From Candidatus Kuenenia stuttgartensis (GTDB lineage: Bacteria > Planctomycetota > Planctomycetia > Gemmatales > Gemmataceae), in the NCBI GenBank assembly GCA_945897965.1, contig CAMDHK010000001.1:16231-80230 (forward strand): a DNA stretch of 64,000 nt. The letters are read 5' to 3'. A model generated the notes under the pieces. The model was not told the DNA's origin. It was given only the letters and a program-made list of their open reading frames with translations, and searched no databases. The position numbers and the translations under genes are program-made. How positions within the stretch are numbered: position 1 is the stretch's first letter; the number at the start of each line of letters is the position of its first letter. Positions 9,050 to 17,528 of the stretch are shown one piece after another.

Positions 9050-10729
9050 ATGCGAACTTTCTACCTTACCTTAATCTTGTTCATCTGTGGGTATACTGCC
9101 GAAGCAGCAGATAATCTTAGGGTTTTTTCCCAACCCGAAATCCCCTCCCAAGAAGTTCTAGACAGGCTTAACCTAAAAATGATGTGGCGGGCATTCTCAC
9201 CAATGGAAGGAAAGCGGGATGGTTATCACGATATTCAAATTTCAGAAAATCAAGTCATAGCCCAAACTCGAAGTGGCACAATAGTTGTTTTTAATTCAGA
9301 AACAGGCGAGGTCATTTGGAAATCTCACTTCGGGAAACCTTATCAAGTATTTTACAACCTTGCTTTCAACGACAAATTTGTTTTTGCAGTCAACGAAAAT
9401 GATCTTTACGCTCTTGATAGAAAAACCGGTAATATTGCATGGCAATCAAGTTTTGGAATATCGATTTCTGCCCCACCATCAGTCGACAAGCATCACCTAT
9501 ATCTATCAGGATCAAACGGTAGAATTTATTGTTATGCTCTGCCTTTGTTCAAAAAGAATGGTGAATTTATAGGTTATGAAAAGTCCGACTTTTTCAATCG
9601 TATCACCAAAAAAGCAATTGTTGATGTTCCCGATAACGATGCTGAAGCAGATGCTTTAGCTCCCGCATTTGGTTCAGGAACATCTCGCTCGAGAGGCCCG
9701 CAACCAAAAATCATCTGGGAATTTCAAACCCGCTTGATTTTAAATTACCCACTCTTGGTCACTGATGAAATTGTTTCTGCTGTTGGCATTAAAGGCGACT
9801 TGGTAGCCCTTAACAAACATTCAGATTTAAGCCACACCACTCTTGAGGCGAACCAAGGTTACTCTGCCGACAAACCTGTCATTGTTCCTGCTTCCCTCTA
9901 TGAATCTATTGCCTACATCGGTTCTATGGATGCTTGTTTACACTCTTTTGATTTGCAATCAGGAAAACTTTTATGGCGATACACGATTGGAAGCACAGTT
10001 CATCATCGCCCGTTTGTGACTGATAACGAAATATTTGTAACTGGTGAAAGAAACGGGTTGGTAAAATTATCTCGTGAAACCGGTTATCCCATGTGGAACA
10101 TCAATAATGGAAACCGATTTACACAATCCCAAGAAAAATCTGATCGTCTAATCGCAGCTAATTCCAAGTTCCTTTACACCCTTGATCGAAGCGGCAGAAT
10201 GGTGATCATTGATCGAAACAATGGTGCATATTTAACCACCTGGGATATTCATGACTTTGTATTTCCAGTTGTAAATCGAACGAACGACAGGATATTTCTT
10301 GCCGCAAACAATGGGTTATTAATCTCAATGCGTGACAGAGATTTTGTTAAACCTATGTTTCACGTTAAAAAATCCATTGAAAAAGGTTCCGATTCGGTTC
10401 CCACGATTGATGCACCAGCACCAAATGACAACATGAAAAAAATACTCGAAACCAAAATTAAGGAAGATGAAGGCGTTGAAAAGCCTCTTCAAGAATTGCT
10501 TGACGAATTAACAACAAAATACAATGTTAAGTTTGAAATCAGCAAAAAAGCATTTGCAGATATGATGATCAACGATGCAGACAAAAAACCTGTAAAAGCT
10601 TCAGCCGCTGACAATATTCCCTTTGCAGTATGGCTAACTGGAATTTTAGATCCTTTAGGAATTACTTACCAACCGGTTGAAGACACTATTCTTTTGTTTC
10701 CCGCAGCTAAACCAATGAAAGATAAATAA
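9050..10729 (+). CDS. secreted PQQ-like beta-propeller repeat protein with a C-terminal STN-like module
   Basis: Signal peptide MRTFYLTLILFICGYTAEA. It has repeated propeller-blade motifs (GEVIWKSHFG, GNIAWQSSFG, GKLLWRYTIG, GYPMWNINNG). The C-terminal ~90 aa (PLQELLDELTTKYNVKFEI ... LGITYQPVEDTILLFP) resembles secretin/TonB short N-terminal type modules. Confidence 0.65.
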   Translation: MRTFYLTLILFICGYTAEAADNLRVFSQPEIPSQEVLDRLNLKMMWRAFSPMEGKRDGYHDIQISENQVIAQTRSGTIVVFNSETGEVIWKSHFGKPYQVFYNLAFNDKFVFAVNENDLYALDRKTGNIAWQSSFGISISAPPSVDKHHLYLSGSNGRIYCYALPLFKKNGEFIGYEKSDFFNRITKKAIVDVPDNDAEADALAPAFGSGTSRSRGPQPKIIWEFQTRLILNYPLLVTDEIVSAVGIKGDLVALNKHSDLSHTTLEANQGYSADKPVIVPASLYESIAYIGSMDACLHSFDLQSGKLLWRYTIGSTVHHRPFVTDNEIFVTGERNGLVKLSRETGYPMWNINNGNRFTQSQEKSDRLIAANSKFLYTLDRSGRMVIIDRNNGAYLTTWDIHDFVFPVVNRTNDRIFLAANNGLLISMRDRDFVKPMFHVKKSIEKGSDSVPTIDAPAPNDNMKKILETKIKEDEGVEKPLQELLDELTTKYNVKFEISKKAFADMMINDADKKPVKASAADNIPFAVWLTGILDPLGITYQPVEDTILLFPAAKPMKDK

Positions 10730-11494
10730 TTACTTACTAGTTCCAGAAGTTTGAAATATCTTTTGAAAGAACCCTTGATTTTGATCTTTATCTGACGAGT
10801 TGTGCAGATATTTCGCCCACACTTCATAATTCGCAGGCAAGTTCTTACCTGTTATTGCCTGTAATGAATCTCTGCAACAATTCACCAATGCGACATCTTG
10901 TTCACTTTGGAGCACGGATAGCAAACATTCTGATGCTTGATATTCCTTGTATTTCCCTAACGCCTTAGCAGCAATAATTCTTTCATCAACTTTTTGTTGG
11001 CGATCCTGCTCAGAACCAACAACTGCTGGTTCTTTCAACACTTTAACCAGTAGCTCTAAACCCGATGGAGTTTTTACTTCACCTAAGGAATTCAGGACTT
11101 GGCACTTAATAACCGTGGCTGTTTCTGGATTAAAATTTGAAGCCCGATAGTAGGCATCTTTCAAAACTTCCGAGGTTCGCGAATCCTTAAATGTGCGAAG
11201 TGTTGATATTGCTTGAAGTCTGCATATCGCTTGTCGGTCAACTAATGCTGCGTCCGAAAGAATTTTAAATACCTTTTCTTGATCTTCAGCGGTTCCATTA
11301 TTTGCCAATGGTTCTTTAAGGGAAGCAAGTGCAGCAGCACGTTTATCCCCATCTACACTCTTTTCTAAAACGACCAAAGGCGGATCAGAAGGCATAAACA
11401 AATTCTGAACCCTAAATTCTCTACTGGTAACGGAATCCCACAATGAGGCACAACCCGGAGCAGCAATTAACAATCCAATCAACATGGATCTCAT
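10730..11494 (-). CDS. HEAT-repeat lipoprotein
   Basis: The internal start gives MRSMLIGLLIAAPGC, a lipobox-like signal. The rest is helical repeat sequence with the HEAT-like periodicity (R..A..AL) seen in planctomycete HEAT proteins. Confidence 0.55.
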   Translation of the reverse strand: MRSMLIGLLIAAPGCASLWDSVTSREFRVQNLFMPSDPPLVVLEKSVDGDKRAAALASLKEPLANNGTAEDQEKVFKILSDAALVDRQAICRLQAISTLRTFKDSRTSEVLKDAYYRASNFNPETATVIKCQVLNSLGEVKTPSGLELLVKVLKEPAVVGSEQDRQQKVDERIIAAKALGKYKEYQASECLLSVLQSEQDVALVNCCRDSLQAITGKNLPANYEVWAKYLHNSSDKDQNQGFFQKIFQTSGTSK

Positions 11495-11775
11495 TATAAT
11501 TCGCTTGCTTACTCGTATTTGATAAAAAACCATGTTTGTTTACCAGCTTATTATGTTATTTCACCCACGATGTTAAAATCCCCAACTACAAGCGAACCAA
11601 ATAGCCTTGATAACATTTTTCTTCAATACGAGTTTACAACTTTCTAAACAAAATAATTCTAAACCTACTTCACATCTTTCCCCTAGAACACCGGAACTAA
11701 CAAAACATCAACCTTTTAACCAAAATTTAACGCCTTCCATCGAAATCCTTATATTTACGTGCAATAATAATTATT

Positions 11776-13182
11776 ATGGAAATCGAAGAATTTATTGGTT
11801 TGGTTCATCTAACCGAAAAACTCGGCCTTATCACTCCTCCTATTGCAGAAGAAGTGCTGGCACATACTAGATCAGTGAATGGCAATTTTATTGATCCGAA
11901 AATTCTAGTCCAAAACAATCATCTAACCGCTTGGCAGATTGGAAAAATTATAGCAGGCGATGGTACCATGCTTTTGTTTAACGGTTACCAACTTCTTTCA
12001 CCCATTGGATTAGGCAATTTAGGCCGTACATACAAAGCAAAAAAAATTGATACTGGTGAAATTGTTGCATTAAAAGTATTACGAAAAAGACACACCAGCA
12101 ATAATCCTGAAACTTTGAAATTTCTGCGCCAAGGAGAAATTCTAAATGACATCAACCACCCCAACATTGTAAAAACCTTGGACTTATTTCCCGGAACTAA
12201 AAACATTCCGCCATACCTTGCACTTGAATGGGTTAAAGGTGGATCTGTTTATGACTGGCTAGAAATCAAAACATTCCTAAGTTGCACTGAAGCTTGTTTA
12301 ATTATGGAAGATATTAGCAAGGCTTTTTTATATTTACAAAAGATGGGTATATCACACGGGAATTTCTCAGGGGCAAAAGTTCTACTGGATAATACCTCAC
12401 ACCCAAAAATCAACAATTTTCGTTTTGCTTCAATTTTTGATCCTGCAACAGGGCAGATTAAAAACCAAAACTCTTTATCCTTTGATTATGCGGGATTAGA
12501 AAAGCATTCAAGCGCATCTTCATCCCCTACGCAATCAGATATATTTTTTGCAGGTTGTCTTTTCTATCACCTCCTTACAGGAAAATCTCCGCTTCCAGGA
12601 TCATTTCAAAAAAGAAAAGAAATATATAGCCGCAATGAATTTAAGCTTCTATTCAACACGGAATTCGAAAAAACATTACCATCGGAAACCTTGCCTATCA
12701 TCAAAAACATGATTTCAATCGACCCTAAAACTCGCTACAACGACTTCCTACAGGTTCAAATCGCTATTCAATCTATTCGAAAAAAAATCCAATCTGAATA
12801 TGATGTTAATCCAGCAGGGAATGGTTCCACTATATTTTTGGTAATCCGCAGTGATAAAAAAAGGCAACTGATTAAAGCATATATGCAAAACAGAGGATTT
12901 AGAATTTTGCAGGCAAACAACCTTGAACAAGCGCTTAATGTTTACAGTCGTGAATCTTTCAAGCACCTTATTATTGAATTAGATAGCTATCTTTCCATCA
13001 AAGAAACTTTCGCAAAAATGATCACAGAATCAGAGTTACGCAGGCGATTCCTTCATACTATTTTCCTAGTGGGCAAAAAAAAACTGATGCATATTCCTGC
13101 CAGGCATGGAAACACCTTCATCGAAACTCCAATTGATTTATCATTGGTCATGGAAAAAATATTGCTTCATGAAAAAACATGA
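11776..13182 (+). CDS. Hanks-type pseudokinase fused to a receiver-like C-terminal domain
   Basis: The G-loop IGLGNLGRTY and the beta3 Lys (VALKVL) are retained. The catalytic loop reads ISHGNFSGAKV instead of HRDLKPxN, and the DFG position reads NNFRF. The C-terminus (STIFLVIRSDKK ... HLIIELDS) looks CheY-like but lacks the N-terminal acidic pair. Confidence 0.7.
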   Translation: MEIEEFIGLVHLTEKLGLITPPIAEEVLAHTRSVNGNFIDPKILVQNNHLTAWQIGKIIAGDGTMLLFNGYQLLSPIGLGNLGRTYKAKKIDTGEIVALKVLRKRHTSNNPETLKFLRQGEILNDINHPNIVKTLDLFPGTKNIPPYLALEWVKGGSVYDWLEIKTFLSCTEACLIMEDISKAFLYLQKMGISHGNFSGAKVLLDNTSHPKINNFRFASIFDPATGQIKNQNSLSFDYAGLEKHSSASSSPTQSDIFFAGCLFYHLLTGKSPLPGSFQKRKEIYSRNEFKLLFNTEFEKTLPSETLPIIKNMISIDPKTRYNDFLQVQIAIQSIRKKIQSEYDVNPAGNGSTIFLVIRSDKKRQLIKAYMQNRGFRILQANNLEQALNVYSRESFKHLIIELDSYLSIKETFAKMITESELRRRFLHTIFLVGKKKLMHIPARHGNTFIETPIDLSLVMEKILLHEKT

Positions 13183-13183
13183 A

Positions 13184-13978
13184 TCAAGGTGTTGGAAGCA
13201 TCCGTCCAAGGTGCGAAATTAAGAACTTCATATCTTCCCAAACTTCTTTTTTCTTTTCAGGATTACGTATTAAATATAACGGATGATAAGTACATAAAAC
13301 TTGGATCCCTTTCCAGTCGTAGAATTTGCCTCTTAATTTATTGGTTGGTATTTTAGTATCAAGCAGATTTTCTGCAGCACAAGACCCAAGACAGCAAATT
13401 ACTTTTGGTTTTACCAATGCCAGTTGTTTTTCAAGAAACCCTCGACAGTTGGTAACTTCGGTCGGCAATGGCAATCGTTTATCAGGTGGTTTACAACTAA
13501 TAATATTTAGAAAATAAACCTCATCCCGGGATAAGCCACAAGCCTTCAAAATTTTGTCTAACAATAAACCATCTTCGCCAACAAATGGAATTCCTTTTTC
13601 ATCTTCAGTAATACCGGGAGCTTCCCCAACAAAACAAATATCGGGTTCAATTTTACCAATTCCAAAGACGGTATTTTTTCTTGTTTGAGCAAGTTGAGGG
13701 CATTTCACACAAGATGCAACTTCATCTTTAAGCTGCTGCAATAATAGTGTTTTCTTTTCCAGAGAATGCAGTGATGGGATTACTGGGGCAGGGGATGCTA
13801 CAACAACATTCTGAGTTCCAGCCATACTTACCAAAGGTAAATGATCATTAACTATAGGCACACTAGTTTGCGAAGTGCAGTTATTATTGTTTTCGAGCCA
13901 TTCAATACCCGAAATCCTTAGGCATTCGAGATGCATTTTAATTTGTTTATGTAAGTCACTTAAAGAAATATTCTGCAC
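13184..13978 (-). CDS. uracil-DNA glycosylase, family 4
   Basis: Carries the GEAPGITEDEKGIPFVGEDGLLLDKIL motif and the C-terminal HPLYLIRNP motif. The GTG start at 13978 gives an N-terminal extension; an alternative ATG lies at 13936. Confidence 0.85.
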   Translation of the reverse strand: MQNISLSDLHKQIKMHLECLRISGIEWLENNNNCTSQTSVPIVNDHLPLVSMAGTQNVVVASPAPVIPSLHSLEKKTLLLQQLKDEVASCVKCPQLAQTRKNTVFGIGKIEPDICFVGEAPGITEDEKGIPFVGEDGLLLDKILKACGLSRDEVYFLNIISCKPPDKRLPLPTEVTNCRGFLEKQLALVKPKVICCLGSCAAENLLDTKIPTNKLRGKFYDWKGIQVLCTYHPLYLIRNPEKKKEVWEDMKFLISHLGRMLPTP

Positions 13979-14088
13979 GCATCAACTCCAAGACTTATCA
14001 ACAGGTTTTTAATAGCCTATTCAATAATAGATCATTGCTTATTTTATACTTTAGCATCGGCTTGGGCCTGAATTTCCGGAAAAACCTT

Positions 14089-14988
14089 ATGCAAAAAGAT
14101 GATATTTTCAATATCGGATTAATCCAGATGGCATGCCAGCAAGATTCAAATACGAATCTTGAAAAGGCTATTGCTGGTATTGACGAAGCTGCATCCAAAG
14201 GGGCGCAGATTATTTGCCTGCAAGAACTTTTTCTTACACCTTATTTTTGCCAGGTACAAGATCCGGCATTATTTGAGCTAGCAGAACCTATTCCGGGCCC
14301 AACCACGGACGCTCTGGCGCTTTGTGCAAAAAAAAACCGTTGCGTTGTTATTGGTTCAGTTTTTGAAAAACGAGCCCCAGGCCTTTATCACAACACTGCT
14401 GTCGTTATTGGCCCAGATGGAAACATCATTGGTATTTATCGCAAAATGCATATTCCTGATGATCCTCTTTTTTATGAAAAATATTATTTCACTCCGGGAG
14501 ACCTTGGCTTTAAGTCCTTTAAAACCCCATTTGCCGAAGTAGGGGTTCTTGTTTGCTGGGACCAATGGTACCCAGAAGCCGCAAGGCTTACCGCTCTTGA
14601 AGGCGCAGAAATTATTTTTTACCCCACCGCTATTGGCTGGCATTCTCATGAGAAAGAAATATACGGCAAAGCACAAGCGGAGGCTTGGCTAACAATGCAC
14701 CGCTCCCATTCGATCGCAAACGGGGTATATGTTGCAGCGGTAAATCGTGTCGGTTTAGAGAAAAACAATTCTGGCGGCAGTTTAGAGTTTTGGGGAAATT
14801 CGCATGTATTAAACACTTATGGGGGCTATCTGCATCATTCAAATGAGCAGAAAGACGAAGTCATAGTTACAAGTTGCTCTAGGAAGATGATTGAAGAAAC
14901 ACGTAGAAACTGGCCATTTTTTCGGGATCGGAGGGTTGATTTTTATAAAGGAATATCAAACCGCTGGAATAGCAAAACCACGCTATGA
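14089..14988 (+). CDS. aguB: N-carbamoylputrescine amidase (carbon-nitrogen hydrolase family)
   Basis: Nitrilase-superfamily Glu-Lys-Cys contexts are present (CLQELF, YRKMHIP, LVCWDQWYPEAAR). The CWDQW(F/Y)PE block is characteristic of AguB-type enzymes. I prefer the ATG at 14089 over the ORF-track start at 14035. Confidence 0.8.
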   Translation: MQKDDIFNIGLIQMACQQDSNTNLEKAIAGIDEAASKGAQIICLQELFLTPYFCQVQDPALFELAEPIPGPTTDALALCAKKNRCVVIGSVFEKRAPGLYHNTAVVIGPDGNIIGIYRKMHIPDDPLFYEKYYFTPGDLGFKSFKTPFAEVGVLVCWDQWYPEAARLTALEGAEIIFYPTAIGWHSHEKEIYGKAQAEAWLTMHRSHSIANGVYVAAVNRVGLEKNNSGGSLEFWGNSHVLNTYGGYLHHSNEQKDEVIVTSCSRKMIEETRRNWPFFRDRRVDFYKGISNRWNSKTTL

Positions 14989-15066
14989 CTTACTTGGTTT
15001 TACCTTAGAAAAATTACTAACTAATAATGATTTTTTGTAACGTAAAATTGATATCTAAAAATAGCA

Positions 15067-15087
15067 GGGGTTTTGGGCGAAAACCCC
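15067..15087. other. 8-bp GC/AT hairpin in a convergent intergenic region
   Basis: The sequence GGGGTTTT-GGGCG-AAAACCCC lies about 80 nt downstream of aguB. There is no adjacent T-tract on the plus strand and only a displaced T-run on the minus strand. Confidence 0.4.
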
Positions 15088-15279
15088 CACCGATTCAACA
15101 TTGAACTCTAAAATGCACAAAAAAGTAACTGCTTATGGGCAAAAGACTTTACTTTAATCGTTGCAATCTAAAAAATTCATTGTTACATCTGTTATTGCAA
15201 ACGCCATGCCAACAAATTAGAAAAACCAAATATGTTTATTTAAGGCTATATTTAAAGCAACATCGATTTTTTATTGAGT

Positions 15280-15317
15280 AAAAAAACAAAACACCAGCCG
15301 GAAAACCCGACTGGTGT
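15280..15317 (-). terminator. rho-independent terminator downstream of the DUF3500 gene
   Basis: On the minus strand the stem ACACCAG/CTGGTGT, extended by CGG/CCG around one mismatch, is followed by TTTGTTTTTTT. It lies 28 nt after the stop codon at 15345. Confidence 0.6.
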
Positions 15318-15344
15318 CGAAAAAACCGACTATTGGAGGAATAT

Positions 15345-16400
15345 CTAGTTTCTATTTCCAAAATCCCCCTTGGAAGCCCTCCAGGCACTATGAATATGAT
15401 TTGCTGGGTTTCCGCTTGCATCAGCTTGCATATTTAAAAACTCAATTAAGAAATCAGGTCCTTGAAGCCTATAGGTGTAGGGATCACCTGGTTTTGATTT
15501 ATCCAAAGCATAACTAAAATCAATTTTTGCAAAATCAGAACCAACAAGTCTTGCTGCTTCTTTTTCAGCAAAATCCTGTGGGAACCGATTAGAGTAAGCA
15601 CGGATCATTTCTTGAACGATTTTCTTCTGTTCAGGATTTAATGCACCAGATTCCAGCCCCTTCGAAAAAGTCGGAGCCAACGATTTTCCTTGCTCGATTT
15701 CTGCAAACAACTTATCAGTAAATGCCACTTTTTTTTGTTCATCGGAAAGAGATGCGATCAATTTCTTTGCAAAATCTTCGGTTTCAGGAAGGGTGCGGAG
15801 TCCTTTTTTAGTACCATTTAAAACTAAAGCTGGATTTGCACCGAAAAAAGATGGAGTTGCGCTTACCACTTTATTACCTTCGATCACAAAGTTTAAGGAA
15901 AGATGGTGGCCTTCAAAACGCCATCCCCATTTTTTCCCTGCGCCAGGAGTTCCAAAAACAGAGACAAAATACCAATCAGAACTTCGAACGTTGGTACCGT
16001 TTTTCTCGTTTTCCTTTAAAACTTGCTCAAGGCCCATAATTCCACGAACTCTGGAATAACCTTCTTTGCTGGTACCAGCTTGAACCATACTCAGCGCAAG
16101 TTGCTTTTGCTCTCCAGACATTTCTTCCATACGCAAGCCTTTTCGCGTAGGATTTTTAGCTTTATCTTGCAATGGAACAAAATTCCAATTGGTTCTCTCA
16201 GAATCCTCAAAAGTAAATAAAGCCTTCTTTTTCTGGTCCGCAGAAAGGGTTGCGGAAAATTCGTCAACAGCTTTAGCCATTGCACCCGCAGTTTGTAGAT
16301 TAGTATCCGCATTGGATATGTATGCCGCAATAAGCACAAACCCAGTACAAAAAACCAAACCTGTTTTAATCCACAATTTGTTATGCGACGAGGAAACCAT
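15345..16400 (-). CDS. secreted DUF3500-family protein
   Basis: N-terminal hydrophobic signal/anchor (LVFCTGFVLIAAYI). The WRFEGHHLSLNF block is what I recall as characteristic of DUF3500 proteins. Function is unknown. Confidence 0.55.
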   Translation of the reverse strand: MVSSSHNKLWIKTGLVFCTGFVLIAAYISNADTNLQTAGAMAKAVDEFSATLSADQKKKALFTFEDSERTNWNFVPLQDKAKNPTRKGLRMEEMSGEQKQLALSMVQAGTSKEGYSRVRGIMGLEQVLKENEKNGTNVRSSDWYFVSVFGTPGAGKKWGWRFEGHHLSLNFVIEGNKVVSATPSFFGANPALVLNGTKKGLRTLPETEDFAKKLIASLSDEQKKVAFTDKLFAEIEQGKSLAPTFSKGLESGALNPEQKKIVQEMIRAYSNRFPQDFAEKEAARLVGSDFAKIDFSYALDKSKPGDPYTYRLQGPDFLIEFLNMQADASGNPANHIHSAWRASKGDFGNRN

Positions 16401-16448
16401 TTGTATTACTCCAGAAAAAAATAAGATGCAAAATGAAACAAAACGATA

Positions 16449-16928
16449 TTATGGGAATGAAATTTCTTTTACTTCGTAACGAAGCAGGCCCTTGGGAACC
16501 TTAAACGAAACCTTGTCACCACACTTTTTACCCAATAAGGCCTGACCGCGTGGACTAGAAGATAATATTTTATTATTGTCGTAGTCTTCATCCCCGGGGC
16601 CAACAAGCTCGTATGTTTCATGCTCACCAGAGTCTAAATCTTTGATAACAACTCGAGCGCCAAATACAACTTTATCAGAAGGTAGACTGCTCATGTCCAC
16701 AATTAGTGCACGAGCTAGTTTATCTTTAAGTGCATCAACTCTGGCCTGCAACATACCCTGATCTTCTCGGGCAGCATGGTATTCGGCATTTTCGCTGAGA
16801 TCGCCCAAAGCACGAGCATCGGCAATGCGCGTAGCGATTTCGATCATTTCCGAATTCTGCATTCGGTTTAATTGGACCATCAAATTTTCATAACCCTCTC
16901 GGGTCATCGGGACGCGTTCTATTGTCAT
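16449..16928 (-). CDS. greA: transcription elongation factor GreA
   Basis: 159 aa. The N-terminal coiled coil carries DLSENAEYHAAREDQ, and the C-terminal FKBP-like domain carries ISSSSPRGQALLGKKCGD. Confidence 0.95.
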   Translation of the reverse strand: MTIERVPMTREGYENLMVQLNRMQNSEMIEIATRIADARALGDLSENAEYHAAREDQGMLQARVDALKDKLARALIVDMSSLPSDKVVFGARVVIKDLDSGEHETYELVGPGDEDYDNNKILSSSPRGQALLGKKCGDKVSFKVPKGLLRYEVKEISFP

Positions 16929-17227
16929 TTCTTCACCACATACAAATAATTACCATTTGCGGAATAACACTCCGCATCATGGTTAAAACAAAAACTTCAT
17001 TAACTACTTATATTAAATAGCAAAAACGATGAAATTGCCATCTTTTATTTAAAACCGGACAATATTGTACATCTTGGAATGATTCTGCTCCTACGGGGAA
17101 GTCTATCTTTTGTTGTTATAAAGCAAAAATCATCCTAATGTTAATAAAAATTGAGTATACGGGATTGATTTTACAAAAAACCATGCGAAACTTAGTTTGT
17201 AGCTTTATTTCCTAGGATTGAATTACG

Positions 17228-17482
17228 ATGAAGAAAAAATCAAAAAAAGATGAAGCAAAGGTTTTAGGGTTTGTTGGATTGGGCCTTGATAACAAGGACG
17301 ACCACCAGAGAATAACTAATTGCGAACATTTTTATTTGGTGGGGGGTTCTGAAGAAACCCACGAAAGAATGCAAGATACTGCCATTCGTTTTTCTGAATC
17401 ATTAGAAAAAAAAGGCAAAAGACTCGAAGATACCTGCCCCCAGGAAGCGATCGATTTGCTGCGCAATTCGATGCGAGACTAA
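17228..17482 (+). CDS. hypothetical small protein
   Basis: An 84-aa ORF in an otherwise empty intergenic stretch. It has a lysine-rich N-terminus and a protein-like composition. No motif recognised. Confidence 0.4.
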   Translation: MKKKSKKDEAKVLGFVGLGLDNKDDHQRITNCEHFYLVGGSEETHERMQDTAIRFSESLEKKGKRLEDTCPQEAIDLLRNSMRD

Positions 17483-17528
17483 AAAGCCCTCCTTTAAACT
17501 TATCCACCTCAAAAAACGAGAATTTTTC

